The translations under genes were made by a program, and so were the position numbers. Below, one piece after another: positions 1 through 10,624 of a DNA stretch of 64,000 nucleotides (its first letter is position 1; every line of letters starts with the position of its first letter). This DNA comes from Bacteroidota bacterium. GTDB taxonomy: Bacteria; Bacteroidota; Bacteroidia; Chitinophagales; Saprospiraceae. The notes beneath the pieces are model-generated. The model did no database searches and had not been told where the DNA came from. It was given only the letters and a program-made list of their open reading frames with translations. The DNA is taken from assembly GCA_024642665.1 (NCBI GenBank), contig JAHEAR010000021.1:453-64452 (forward strand), given 5' to 3'.

Positions 1-127
1 GCGATAGATGGCTTTAACTTATTCATAATTAGGTTAATATGTCTTAATTGGTGGGACAATGATTTTTTTAAAAATAATAGCCGGTACAGATCAAAAACAC
101 GTTAAAGTATAGGTATCATTCCTGAGC

Positions 128-1480
128 TTATTTCTTATGCCGATCCCTAAGCCGCCAATTCATTGGATAATGGTTTTTCCAGGCGTGACCGGTCCATTTT
201 GCCCACCCAAGATGAGACCCATCATAGGTTACGACATACCATCCCTTTACGTCAACCGGTGGCAAAGTGTTAGCATCTCTTTCCAGGTAATCCAGCGCAG
301 TAGATAAATCCAGATCGATGGTCTCATAAGAAGCAGATTGCAAGGACGCCATTGCAAGAGTATGGGCGGGCACAAAATCACGGCCTTTTAATTCTCCTGC
401 AAAATTGATCGATTTTGCTTTTGGTAAGTGCATCAAAAGTTCGTTTGCCTTATCAATGGCTTGCAAATTAATTATTTCATGTTGTGTACTGTTTTTATGG
501 ACTGCTAATGCTTCCGGATTTGCTACGTGCGATTTTAGCCATGCAGGAATCGGTTCAAAAATTTGAAATGGCTTTTTATTTTTTTTATGAGAAGATTGTT
601 TTTCAGCATTGTTTTTCATCACAGCGATGAATAGGCCTTCCCCTTGAAGTTTATGCGGATACAATTGATAGCCAATAGCTGTTCCTTTTTCAATCACGGA
701 TATACCCCATACTTCAGGAAAGTCCAGGGAAATTGATGTCAAATGAAAATGATCCGCAAAATAGTTTAGGTTTTGAATGTTTTCCTCAGGACTATAGGAG
801 CATGTGCTGTACACTAAAAATCCATTAGGATTTAATGCGCTTGCTGCATTTTGTACAATTTGTTTTTGAAGGAGGCTACAGGATTCCACTAATGCCTGGT
901 TCCACTGATTGATAGCCTCCGATTCTTTTCTCATCATGCCCTCACCTGCGCAAGGGGCATCCACAAGAATGATATCTGCAAATGGTACCTGAAATGAATC
1001 TATCGATTCACCGCTAATGAATGTATTATGAAACCCTGCTTTCGATAGATTTTCCCAAAGAACTGTTCTGCGTGGGCTGACTACTTCATTGGCCACCAGG
1101 ACATCAGCAGGTTGCAAGTGCTTCGCCATTAAACCGGTTTTTCCTCCGGGAGCTGCACACATATCTACCCAAATTTTCCCTTCATGGCTCAAAGAAAGTT
1201 GCTTCAATACATGGTCTAAAATCATTGAAGATGCTTCCTGCACATAATAGGCGCCTGCATGCCAGTGCGGATCGAGATAAAAAGCGGGACGCTCTTCGAG
1301 GTAAAAGCCAAGATCACACCAGGGCACCTGCCCGGAAGTCCTAAAGGAAGATTTACCTTTTTTATGATGAAGTCGAATGCTGGTTGGCGGTGGTTTTTTT
1401 AATGCATTATAAAACGACTCTGCTTCTTCGCCAAGTTGAGCGAGCATGCGTTTCATAAAGGCTTCCGGAAGCGGCTTCAT
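128..1480 (-). CDS. rRNA cytosine-C5 methyltransferase, NOL1/NOP2/Sun (RsmB/RsmF) family
   Basis: 450-aa ORF. It has the SAM-binding motif DMCAAPGGKTG and the catalytic-type motifs DAPCAGEG and YSTCS. It overlaps the upstream gene by 4 nt. Confidence 0.85.
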   Translation of the reverse strand: MKPLPEAFMKRMLAQLGEEAESFYNALKKPPPTSIRLHHKKGKSSFRTSGQVPWCDLGFYLEERPAFYLDPHWHAGAYYVQEASSMILDHVLKQLSLSHEGKIWVDMCAAPGGKTGLMAKHLQPADVLVANEVVSPRRTVLWENLSKAGFHNTFISGESIDSFQVPFADIILVDAPCAGEGMMRKESEAINQWNQALVESCSLLQKQIVQNAASALNPNGFLVYSTCSYSPEENIQNLNYFADHFHLTSISLDFPEVWGISVIEKGTAIGYQLYPHKLQGEGLFIAVMKNNAEKQSSHKKNKKPFQIFEPIPAWLKSHVANPEALAVHKNSTQHEIINLQAIDKANELLMHLPKAKSINFAGELKGRDFVPAHTLAMASLQSASYETIDLDLSTALDYLERDANTLPPVDVKGWYVVTYDGSHLGWAKWTGHAWKNHYPMNWRLRDRHKK

Positions 1481-3315
1481 AACCCCTTTACTTTGCCATG
1501 TAACATGCCTCCTTTGGCAAAGAGCTGATCGACTTTTTTACTGACCACCGGATCCTTTGTCAGCACAGGTGCATGATGAGGCTTAATGCGCGCATCAATG
1601 ATTAAGGGTGCTTCACATGTCCAATGCTTATGCTCAAATGTGGCATGTACGCCATAAATATCTCTGGCAGGTTGTGATCTGGTAAAGGTGGCCCAAATAA
1701 AGTTATTTAAATGCGCACTCATCCACTGACTGTCTTCCGTAAGGATCCATAAAGGCCAGGCATCATTTTTTCCGGAAGAAAGGTGACGAATCAATTCATC
1801 CAATTCAATTTTTGTATTTTCTGCATTGATATATGCATCGAATGATACAGCCACCACGCCTGGCATGATTAAATTGATGTGTTTGCAGGAAGCAGGCAGT
1901 GCAATGTCTTGAGGTAATTCTTTTGCAAGTTGTCTGACTTCAGGACCGCGTGCAGCAATCACAAGTTTTGATCCGGTATTCCAGCCATCACCACTGTAAT
2001 CCAACGTATCAATGGTCGTGCGTGTTTGAAAGTGTAAGTCACGTTTGAAGTCGATGCGGCTAAGCATGTGTTGAAAAAAAGAGGCTATATCATGTGTTGA
2101 CAGCGAAGGGTTGTCATCATCACTGGCGATAAATAAATACTTTGTTAAAGAGGTTTGTCCCTTACCCAAAAGATGATTAGCAATCGTCAGTATTTCTTCC
2201 GGAACACGTTGGCGAAACGGCATATAACGTTCCATCCCAATGGCCAGAAGTAAGGGATGTACGCCTGCAGCATCGACGGCATGGACTTCCTTCAATCCGG
2301 GAAATTCTTTCGGAGCGAGTGGTGTAACTAATTGATGAATCAGCCATCCAAAATAACTGTCTTCCTGTGGTGGTCGACCAACGACAGTAAATTGCCAGAT
2401 CGGATTTTTTCGATGGTATACATTTTTTATTTCCAACACCGGAAAGTCATGCATTAAGCTATAATATCCGAGGTGGTCACCAAAAGGACCTTCGGGTTTC
2501 ATTTCTTTCTTTTTTATCACACCGGTGATACAGAAATCTGCGTCCGCCGAGATCACAAATCCGTCATGCCAAAAATAACGATATCGACGGCCTGATAATA
2601 AACCGGCAAAGGTCACTTCACTTAACCCTTCAGGTAGAGGCATGATCGCTGCAAAGGCATGAGCAGGTGGTCCACCAACAAAAATGGAAACTTTGAATTC
2701 CTCTTCCGTTTCATTATATAACGTGTGATGGATGCCAATACCTCTATGCAATTGATAATGCATCCCGGCCTCACGATTTGGCAGATAGGTATTGCCGCTG
2801 ATTTGAATTCGGTACATCCCAATATTCGAATGCATGATATGGCTGTCATTGGGTGGCAAACTCATTACCTGAGGCAATGTGATGAAAGCACCGCCATCCG
2901 CTGGCCAACTAATCACTTGAGGAAGCTGGTCAAGTGTCGTTGTGTTTTGAAGAATTGATTTATTCCATCTGCTTTTTAACGGTAAACCAGTTAAAGCGGT
3001 GAAAGGAGTCTTCACATATTGACCAGGATGTCTGAAGAGGTCAGAAGGATCAGCTTTTAATTGTATGAGCCGCTGGACCTGCTCAAGTTGATTTCTAAAA
3101 AGATAGGTGGTTCGTTCTTTCGTACCATAAACATTCGAGACGGCTTGAAATGGGCTGCCTTTTACTTTTTCAAAAAGTAAAGCCGGACCTGAAACTTCAA
3201 AAACCCTTCTATGAATTTCTGCCATTTCAAGATTAGGATCCACCTCGCCTGTCACCCGAAGGAGTTGGCTTTCCGGCAGATCATTTAAGGCTTGTTGTAA
3301 GGAACTATAGGACAA
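1477..3315 (-). CDS. UbiD-family (prenyl-FMN dependent) aromatic decarboxylase
   Basis: 612-aa ORF whose length and N-terminal region (LRVTGEVDPNLEMAEIHRRV...GPALLFEKVKGS) are typical of the UbiD / menaquinone-biosynthesis decarboxylase family. Confidence 0.88.
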   Translation of the reverse strand: MSYSSLQQALNDLPESQLLRVTGEVDPNLEMAEIHRRVFEVSGPALLFEKVKGSPFQAVSNVYGTKERTTYLFRNQLEQVQRLIQLKADPSDLFRHPGQYVKTPFTALTGLPLKSRWNKSILQNTTTLDQLPQVISWPADGGAFITLPQVMSLPPNDSHIMHSNIGMYRIQISGNTYLPNREAGMHYQLHRGIGIHHTLYNETEEEFKVSIFVGGPPAHAFAAIMPLPEGLSEVTFAGLLSGRRYRYFWHDGFVISADADFCITGVIKKKEMKPEGPFGDHLGYYSLMHDFPVLEIKNVYHRKNPIWQFTVVGRPPQEDSYFGWLIHQLVTPLAPKEFPGLKEVHAVDAAGVHPLLLAIGMERYMPFRQRVPEEILTIANHLLGKGQTSLTKYLFIASDDDNPSLSTHDIASFFQHMLSRIDFKRDLHFQTRTTIDTLDYSGDGWNTGSKLVIAARGPEVRQLAKELPQDIALPASCKHINLIMPGVVAVSFDAYINAENTKIELDELIRHLSSGKNDAWPLWILTEDSQWMSAHLNNFIWATFTRSQPARDIYGVHATFEHKHWTCEAPLIIDARIKPHHAPVLTKDPVVSKKVDQLFAKGGMLHGKVKGL

Positions 3316-3602
3316 GGTAATGGCAGCAATTTAAGTCTGATGATAAGATCGTACGAAAAATCATGATCTCTGGTTAAGAAACACAAACCTAAACGAAAGG
3401 AAAGAATTTAGCATCATTTTCATTTAACAGTATTGCTATTCAGAAAACAAACCGATCATATTAATATTTTTAATATTATATTTGGCTATCATCGAACATG
3501 AGTTATGCGCATGATTTTTCGCTTGTTTTCCATTAATGAAAGAGGGAAATGTTGACTCGATAAGCAGGAACAGTATTTAGTAAACCTTAAATAGTAATTG
3601 AT

Positions 3603-3854
3603 ATGGGACTTTTATGGACTCTTTTAGTAGGGGCAATTGCCGGATGGCTTGGAAGTAAAATTTTTACAGGGAGTGGACTCGGCTTGATCGGCAACATCAT
3701 CATCGGTATCTTAGGAAGCTATGTTGGTTCCTGGGCATTGGGCTTGCTCAACTTCAGTTTTGGAGGAGGTACGATCGGTGCCATTCTGACCGGTGCAGTA
3801 GGAGCTATTGTCATTCTTGCATTGGCCAATTTGATTTTCGGAGGAAAAAAGTAA
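3603..3854 (+). CDS. GlsB/YeaQ/YmgE family (transglycosylase-associated) small membrane protein
   Basis: 83 aa and Gly-rich, with three predicted TM segments. It has the typical start GLLWTLLVGAIAGWLGSKI. Confidence 0.85.
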   Translation: MGLLWTLLVGAIAGWLGSKIFTGSGLGLIGNIIIGILGSYVGSWALGLLNFSFGGGTIGAILTGAVGAIVILALANLIFGGKK

Positions 3855-3919
3855 TCTATGACCAAAAGTTTCGGATATAATCGTAATCCGTTTCTGAAAT
3901 ATAATTGCGACTGCATTCT

Positions 3920-4921
3920 ATGACGTATTACCGGGTTGTTTGGTTGGTCTGCAGTAAGTATGTTTGCCGGTTTGTGATTAGCTGGCTGATCGTTGGGTTT
4001 CCGATAATGTCCTTTGCACAATCCGATACGCTTTCGGTGCAGCAGTTTATCAATGGGGTGGCATTGTACAGATCGCATTTTAACAACGATATCAAAGATG
4101 CATTTCAGGATCTTGCGTATTTATCTGACAGCCTGAAACAGTTTTCTCTGAACCCGGAGGCGCATGACTTATTCATTAAACGATTTTTGGATCATTTTTC
4201 AAAAGGGGAAGCCTACTATATTCAGGATGCCATTGATGCTGCTATTCCGGAATCGATACGAGAGGAGAAAGATGCCCAAATGCTCTACCGGCAATGGGGT
4301 AGTAAACATCAGCTGGAAATCGTACAAATGCATTTTCTGGTTTCAAACAAGATTATCAGGCAGGCAGATCCTTTCCCTTTGACAAGCAATACGGACATTT
4401 GGGATGAAATCCATTTTTACGGACTTCGAGAGGGTCAGACGATGGTGGAGGTCGGAGCGGGTATAGGTGAAATATCATTTCTGCTTATTTACTCAGGTAT
4501 TGGACTTCAATTTTATATGACGGAGTTAAATACGTATTGTTTAACCAAACTTTCGGAACAATTAAACAAATCAATGATAGATTTATCAGATCGTTCTATT
4601 CAGATAGTGATGGCAAAAGAAAAATCACTGGGGTTGCCTGAGCATCTGCAGGCGGATTGTATCCTCATGAGAGATGTATATCATCATCTGGACTATCCCT
4701 ATCAAGTGCTTGGTAGTGTCCGGGAGCATTTGTCTGCCGATGGTACATTAATTCTGGTTGAATCAGTGAAGGATCTGAAAGCAAACAAGAAGGAAGGATG
4801 TCGACAAGCTTTGTCGCTTAAAAAAGTGAAATATGAGGTGACCAAAAACGGTTATGCATTAACAGGGCAGAAACGTGTAGCCGATCGGTATGTACTAAAA
4901 TTTCAAAAGACAAAAAACTGA
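3920..4921 (+). CDS. class I SAM-dependent methyltransferase with N-terminal signal/anchor
   Basis: Contains the glycine-rich SAM motif VEVGAGIGEISF. I prefer the ATG at 3920 over the TTG at 3905 used in the ORF track. The N-terminus is hydrophobic and ends in SFAQ. Confidence 0.6.
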   Translation: MTYYRVVWLVCSKYVCRFVISWLIVGFPIMSFAQSDTLSVQQFINGVALYRSHFNNDIKDAFQDLAYLSDSLKQFSLNPEAHDLFIKRFLDHFSKGEAYYIQDAIDAAIPESIREEKDAQMLYRQWGSKHQLEIVQMHFLVSNKIIRQADPFPLTSNTDIWDEIHFYGLREGQTMVEVGAGIGEISFLLIYSGIGLQFYMTELNTYCLTKLSEQLNKSMIDLSDRSIQIVMAKEKSLGLPEHLQADCILMRDVYHHLDYPYQVLGSVREHLSADGTLILVESVKDLKANKKEGCRQALSLKKVKYEVTKNGYALTGQKRVADRYVLKFQKTKN

Positions 4922-4990
4922 AAAGATCCTTTTATCAAATATGAATTATTTTCATATATATTTTTACCTTAGCCGTGAAATATCATACTA

Positions 4991-5785
4991 TTGAATAATT
5001 ATCAGGATCTCCTCCGCCACATCCTTGATCAGGGTATACAAAAGAGTGATCGTACCGGTACAGGGACGATCAGTACGTTTGGCTATCAGATGCGTTTCGA
5101 TCTGAGTGAAGGATTCCCGCTGATGACCACCAAAAAAGTCCACCTTAAATCCATCATTCATGAGCTCCTCTGGTTTTTACAGGGTGATACCAATATTGCC
5201 TACCTAAAGGAGCATGGCGTTCGCATTTGGAATGAATGGGCTGATACAGAGGGCAACCTTGGCCCGGTCTACGGCCATCAGTGGCGTAGCTGGTCAGGAG
5301 CGGATGGTCAGACCATTGACCAGATTTCCCAGGCGGTGGAGATGTTAAAGTCTAATCCTGACAGCAGAAGAATCATTGTGTCAGCATGGAATGTGGGAGA
5401 GATTGACCAAATGGCGCTTGCTCCATGCCATTGTTTATTCCAGTTTTATGTAGCCGATGGCAAATTAAGTTGTCAGTTATATCAACGCTCAGCAGATGTA
5501 TTTCTCGGAGTTCCATTCAATATAGCTTCTTATGCACTGCTGACCATGATGATGGCTCAGGTCTGTGATTTGATGCCCGGGGACTTTGTACATACATTTG
5601 GTGATGTCCATATATACAATGATCATATGGATCAGGTGCAGGAACAACTCTCCAGAAAGCCCAGATCATTGCCCGAAATGAAGATTAACCCAAATATTAA
5701 AGATATTTTTTCATTTAGATTTGAAGATTTTAGTCTGGTAGATTACCATCCGTACCCGCCCATATCAGCGCGCGTATCGGTGTAA
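4991..5785 (+). CDS. thyA: thymidylate synthase
   Basis: 264 aa. Carries the canonical ThyA motifs DRTGTGT, the LAPCH active-site Cys and [17 protein letters not shown]. It starts at TTG. Confidence 0.97.
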   Translation: MNNYQDLLRHILDQGIQKSDRTGTGTISTFGYQMRFDLSEGFPLMTTKKVHLKSIIHELLWFLQGDTNIAYLKEHGVRIWNEWADTEGNLGPVYGHQWRSWSGADGQTIDQISQAVEMLKSNPDSRRIIVSAWNVGEIDQMALAPCHCLFQFYVADGKLSCQLYQRSADVFLGVPFNIASYALLTMMMAQVCDLMPGDFVHTFGDVHIYNDHMDQVQEQLSRKPRSLPEMKINPNIKDIFSFRFEDFSLVDYHPYPPISARVSV

Positions 5786-5912
5786 ATTTTCCTTCTGGCT
5801 GTTTAGAATTTTTCTAAATAACAAAATTCATGTATTGCAGTCAGCATAAGTCTTCTATCTAATTATTTTTGCAACAGAATCAGCTATTATATAAGAGTCT
5901 ACTTCCACTGTT

Positions 5913-7322
5913 ATGCATCATAACTCATTGAAATACTGTATCCTTCTAGCTCTTAGCTACATTTTTTTTGTAGGCAGCACCCTGGCGGCACCAACCGCCG
6001 ACGCAGGAAAAACCCTTTTTCAAAATCAATGTGCTTCCTGCCATAATAAAAATATGAAGGATGATCTCACCGGCCCTGCGCTGGGAGGTGCACAAGAAAG
6101 ATGGTCCGAATACCCGCAGGAAGATCTGTACAACTGGATCCGAAATTCACAAGCCATGATCGCAGCAGGTCACCCTCGGGCAGTGGAGATGTGGAATAAG
6201 TATAAGCCTACCGTCATGACGTCCTTTCCGGGTTTTACGGATGAGGATATTGCTTCTGTCTTGCTTTTTATTGATGAACAGTACAATAAGGTTCCGGCGG
6301 GACCTGTAGTGGCAGCCGGAGGAGGTGCAACAGCCCCCCAGGACCAACCGGGCAAGTACATCTATTTTTTCCTGTTTGCTATTTTAGCTGTAGTCGTTAG
6401 TGTGCTTTCCCGAGTCATCTATAATCTGCGCGCTATGGTGGCTGCAGAAGACGGAGTGGATATCCCAAAACAAAAATCCCTGCTTCAAATGCTTACAAGC
6501 AAAGGCGTAGTAGGGTTTCTGATATTTGCATTAGTTGTTTTTGGTGGGTACACCACAGTGAATAACGGCGTTTCATTCGGACGTCAGCAAGGGTATGCGC
6601 CTGAGCAACCCGTCAAATTTTCCCATGCCACCCATGCCGGGGTTCAGGGTATTGACTGTCAGTATTGTCATGATGGAGCCCGCAGGAGTAAGCATGCTTC
6701 AATTCCTGCAGCGAATACCTGTATGAATTGCCACAAGGCGATAGAAAAAGGATCCACGTATGGAACACAAGAGCTGACAAAGATTTTCGCTTCCATAGGC
6801 TATGACCCGTCAACAGATAAATATGTTGAAAATTATGATCAGCTTTCAAATGAAGAAATCAAAGCTATTTATACCAAATGGATAGGGGATTCCTATATGA
6901 AGGATAATGAGCTTACCTCGCTGGATCGCAAAGGAGAGCGAACGGTTTCAGAACAATGGGAAGGCATTGAATCCGCCCTCACCAATGACTTAAAAGAAAA
7001 CATTGCAGGGCCTATCGAATGGACCAGAATCCATATGTTACCTGATCATGTATATTTCAATCACTCACAGCATGTGAATATTGGTAAACTGGCATGTCAG
7101 CAGTGTCATGGAAAAGTAGAAGAAATGGATTTGATGTACCAGTACGCACCATTATCCATGGGATGGTGCATTAATTGCCACAGAGAAACAGAAGTAAAGT
7201 TTACAGGTAACGATTATTATAATACCTACAAGCAATATCACGATGCTATTGCTAAAGGGGAACGAACCAAAGTGACAGTTGAAGACATCGGCGGACTAGA
7301 ATGCCAGAAATGTCACTATTGA
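5913..7322 (+). CDS. actA: alternative complex III subunit ActA (multi-heme cytochrome c) with extra N-terminal monoheme domain
   Basis: Six CxxCH motifs are present (CASCH, CQYCH, CMNCH, CQQCH, CINCH, CQKCH). There is a signal peptide, and two TM helices sit between heme motifs 1 and 2. It is the first gene of the act cluster. Confidence 0.85.
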   Translation: MHHNSLKYCILLALSYIFFVGSTLAAPTADAGKTLFQNQCASCHNKNMKDDLTGPALGGAQERWSEYPQEDLYNWIRNSQAMIAAGHPRAVEMWNKYKPTVMTSFPGFTDEDIASVLLFIDEQYNKVPAGPVVAAGGGATAPQDQPGKYIYFFLFAILAVVVSVLSRVIYNLRAMVAAEDGVDIPKQKSLLQMLTSKGVVGFLIFALVVFGGYTTVNNGVSFGRQQGYAPEQPVKFSHATHAGVQGIDCQYCHDGARRSKHASIPAANTCMNCHKAIEKGSTYGTQELTKIFASIGYDPSTDKYVENYDQLSNEEIKAIYTKWIGDSYMKDNELTSLDRKGERTVSEQWEGIESALTNDLKENIAGPIEWTRIHMLPDHVYFNHSQHVNIGKLACQQCHGKVEEMDLMYQYAPLSMGWCINCHRETEVKFTGNDYYNTYKQYHDAIAKGERTKVTVEDIGGLECQKCHY

Positions 7323-7374
7323 TTTTAATATATTGAATAATCGGAATCATCACCATTAGAACTTAATATAGATC

Positions 7375-10300
7375 ATGAAAGATCAAACATCATACAAGGA
7401 TATTTGGATTGGGTCAGAAGACTTAGGGCGTGAAGAGAAGTTTATCGAATTGGCAACGCAGGAAATGCCTGATGCTTCTATTGCTTCTACACTGGCGCAG
7501 GGAGGTTCATTTGCCTCCGCGAGTACAGGTCGTCGTGATTTTCTTAAATATCTTGGATTTAGCATTGGTGCTGCGACGATAGCCGCTAGTTGTGAAATAC
7601 CGGTTAAAAAGGCCATCCCTTTCGTAACGAAACCGGATGATTTAGTCCCTGGTATCGCCAATTATTACGCTAGTACTATTGCCCAGGGTGGAGATTATTG
7701 CAGTGTTCTGGTAAAAACCAGAGAAGGTCGTCCGATTAAGATTGAAGGCAATAGCTTATCCGGTATCACCGGAGGTGGCACCTCAGCCCGTGCGCAGGCA
7801 GCTGTCCTTAGCTTGTATGACACGCACCGTTTGAAAAGTCCACAAATAAAGAATTCCGAAGGGCAATTCGAAGCAGCCAGCTGGCAGCAAATAGATGACC
7901 TCGTATCCAGTACGATTTCACCAACCAGTAAGATTGCCATTGTTTCTCATACCATGCTCAGTCCAACAGAAAAGCAGGTAGTAAAAGATTTTCAAACAAA
8001 GTATTCAAACACTACAGTCGCCGTTTATGATGCTTCATCATCAGCCGCGATCCTACGTGCAAATCAATTGATGTACGGTGTTTCAATGATACCCGGATAT
8101 CATTTTGATAAGGCAAAAGTGATTGTCAGTGTGCAGGCAGATTTTCTGGGGACATGGATTTCTCCAATTCAATTTGCCCGCCAATATGCTGCCGGACGAA
8201 AGATAGAAGATCCAAAAGATGCCAAAATGTCCAGGCATATTCAGATAGAAAGTTACATGTCATTGTCCGGTACGAACGCCGACAACAGAATTCGAATTAA
8301 ACCGAGTGAGATTGGGGCCGTTTTGGCCAGAATCTACAATAAAATAGCCTCTGCGAAAGGAGGTTCAACTGTTTCAGCACCGGAGTTAAGTCAGTCTATT
8401 GCTGCATCCGTTGACAAAACAGCAAATGAATTACTCAGCGCATCCGGACAGAGTCTGCTTGTTTCAGGATCTAATAATGTTGCCGAACAAGCAATGGTTT
8501 GTGCCATTAACCACCTGCTGGGTAATGAAGGCAAAACAGTAGATATTGAACAATACTCATTGCAACGTCAGGGGGATGAAAAGAGTGTTTCCAATTTAAT
8601 GACTTCAATGAATAGTGGTCAGGTAGATGCACTCATTATCCTGGGTGCCAATCCTGTTTTTGAACTTCCCTACGGAGCTGCATTTGCAGAGGCCATGGGA
8701 AAAGTGGGCTTAACGATTAGTACAGCAGGTGCCATGAACGAAACGGCAGCTGCATGCCGTGCAATTGCACCTTCACACCATATGCTTGAATCATGGGGAG
8801 ATGCAGAGCCTGTCAGAGGTCATATTAGTATGATTCAGCCAACGATTGCTCCATTATTTGATACACGTCAGCGGGAAACAAGTCTTTTGAAATGGATAGG
8901 AGATGACAACACGCTGTTGATCACCGATCAGCCCTACCTTGAATATTTGAAGAAAAACTGGGCGTCTCATGTAAGTACCCAAGCGGCCTGGAATGAGCTC
9001 CTTCATGATGGTGTTTTCACCTATACCCCTGAATCTTCCGGAGCAAGTTATACTGACAACCTTGCCTCTGTAGCTTCAAAAATATCAAAGCCGGGTGGTG
9101 GTACAGAAATCACCTTCATGGAAACGGTTGCCATAGGAACTGGTTTGGATGCCAACAATCCCTGGTTGCAGGAAATGACTGATCCGGTGACCCGATGCGC
9201 CTGGGGTAATTACCTTGCCCTGCCGGTTCATTTTGACGGAACGCGCAAGTTTATTGCTCATGAAAATCTCTCCGATGGAGATTTGGCGGAGGTGACTATT
9301 GGTGATCAAACCTTAAAAGTGCCTGTGGTGAAGCAATTTGGGCAAACGCCTGATTCGTTCGCACTTGCCTTAGGATATGGCCGTACAGTTACCGGACGAG
9401 CAGGAATAAATGTTGGTGTCAATGTGCACCCATGGTTGGCGACAGATGTGGATGGCTTGACACAGTATTATGCTAGTGGTGTGACGGTTTCCGGAAAGAA
9501 AGGAAAAGAAGAATACTTCTCCTGCGTACAATACCATCATACGATGGGAGTTACCGCAGAAGATGCTAAAACAAAACAAACCATTAATGCGGATGAAGCT
9601 GCTACGGTCTTCATGACTTACGGACTTGTTGATCAGGGATTCCAGGGCTCTCTCGTGAATAGAACGATCATTCGCAAGAGTCATTTGGATCATGTGGAAG
9701 CATTCTCGCATGATCTTGCGGAAGAACGTCATCATCATCAGGAACTGAATAAACAACAAGTGTATCCTGGCCACGACGATGTGTATGCTCGAGGACATCA
9801 ATGGGGTATGCATGTTGATCTGAATGCCTGCATCGGTTGTGGAGCTTGTACAGTTGCTTGTATGGCAGAAAACAATGTTCCGGTTGTCGGAAAGCGCGAA
9901 GTGAGTCGCCACCATGAAATGGCCTGGTTAAGAATTGACCGCTATTTCTATGGGGATGTTGACAATCCAAGCGCAGTGTATCAACCTATGATGTGCCAGC
10001 ACTGTAACAATGCACCTTGTGAAAATGTATGCCCGGTAAATGCGACTAACCATAGTGCAGAAGGGCTCAACCAAATGGCATATAATCGTTGTGTCGGAAC
10101 CAGATATTGTGCGAACAATTGTCCTTACAAAGTGCGTCGATTCAATTGGTTGGATTACAACGCAGCTGATCTTTGGCCAATCAATGAAGCGGATCTGGGA
10201 TTGGAATCCGATAGTGATGATATTCCATATGGTGCAGACAACCTGACGCGTATGGTTTTGAATCCGGATGTGACTGTTCGATCCAGAGGGGTTATTGAAA

Positions 10301-10572
10301 AATGTAGTTTCTGCGTTCAGCGTATACAGGAAGGTAAATTGCGAGCAAAAACAGAAGAGCGCTTATTGCGTGATGCTGATGTGAAGACAGCTTGCCAGAC
10401 GGCTTGTCCAACAGGGGCCATCACATTTGGAGATAGCAATAATGCAGAAGGGGAGTTAAGTAAAAAACTTGCTTCACCTTTGAACTACCTCGTACTGGAA
10501 GAAGTAAATACAAGGTCAGCAGTAAATTATAAGGCCAGAGTAATAAATAAAGCAGAAGGCGTTGATGCCTGA
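7375..10572 (+). CDS. actB: alternative complex III subunit ActB (Tat-exported molybdopterin-oxidoreductase-like plus 4Fe-4S ferredoxin domains)
   Basis: 1065 aa with a twin-arginine motif GRRDFLKYLG. The C-terminal part has Cys clusters CIGCGACTVAC, CQHCNNAPCENVCP and CVGTRYCANNCP. Confidence 0.9.
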   Translation: MKDQTSYKDIWIGSEDLGREEKFIELATQEMPDASIASTLAQGGSFASASTGRRDFLKYLGFSIGAATIAASCEIPVKKAIPFVTKPDDLVPGIANYYASTIAQGGDYCSVLVKTREGRPIKIEGNSLSGITGGGTSARAQAAVLSLYDTHRLKSPQIKNSEGQFEAASWQQIDDLVSSTISPTSKIAIVSHTMLSPTEKQVVKDFQTKYSNTTVAVYDASSSAAILRANQLMYGVSMIPGYHFDKAKVIVSVQADFLGTWISPIQFARQYAAGRKIEDPKDAKMSRHIQIESYMSLSGTNADNRIRIKPSEIGAVLARIYNKIASAKGGSTVSAPELSQSIAASVDKTANELLSASGQSLLVSGSNNVAEQAMVCAINHLLGNEGKTVDIEQYSLQRQGDEKSVSNLMTSMNSGQVDALIILGANPVFELPYGAAFAEAMGKVGLTISTAGAMNETAAACRAIAPSHHMLESWGDAEPVRGHISMIQPTIAPLFDTRQRETSLLKWIGDDNTLLITDQPYLEYLKKNWASHVSTQAAWNELLHDGVFTYTPESSGASYTDNLASVASKISKPGGGTEITFMETVAIGTGLDANNPWLQEMTDPVTRCAWGNYLALPVHFDGTRKFIAHENLSDGDLAEVTIGDQTLKVPVVKQFGQTPDSFALALGYGRTVTGRAGINVGVNVHPWLATDVDGLTQYYASGVTVSGKKGKEEYFSCVQYHHTMGVTAEDAKTKQTINADEAATVFMTYGLVDQGFQGSLVNRTIIRKSHLDHVEAFSHDLAEERHHHQELNKQQVYPGHDDVYARGHQWGMHVDLNACIGCGACTVACMAENNVPVVGKREVSRHHEMAWLRIDRYFYGDVDNPSAVYQPMMCQHCNNAPCENVCPVNATNHSAEGLNQMAYNRCVGTRYCANNCPYKVRRFNWLDYNAADLWPINEADLGLESDSDDIPYGADNLTRMVLNPDVTVRSRGVIEKCSFCVQRIQEGKLRAKTEERLLRDADVKTACQTACPTGAITFGDSNNAEGELSKKLASPLNYLVLEEVNTRSAVNYKARVINKAEGVDA

Positions 10573-10624
10573 TAGCCATAAAACGAATATAGACGACAAA
10601 CCTATTATCCTTAGACAATAAAAT

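Noticed and set aside
9370-9970. 181-aa and 100-aa minus-strand ORFs inside actB
   Set aside because: They are antisense to the conserved Fe-S domain of ActB. Their composition is typical of non-coding mirror frames.
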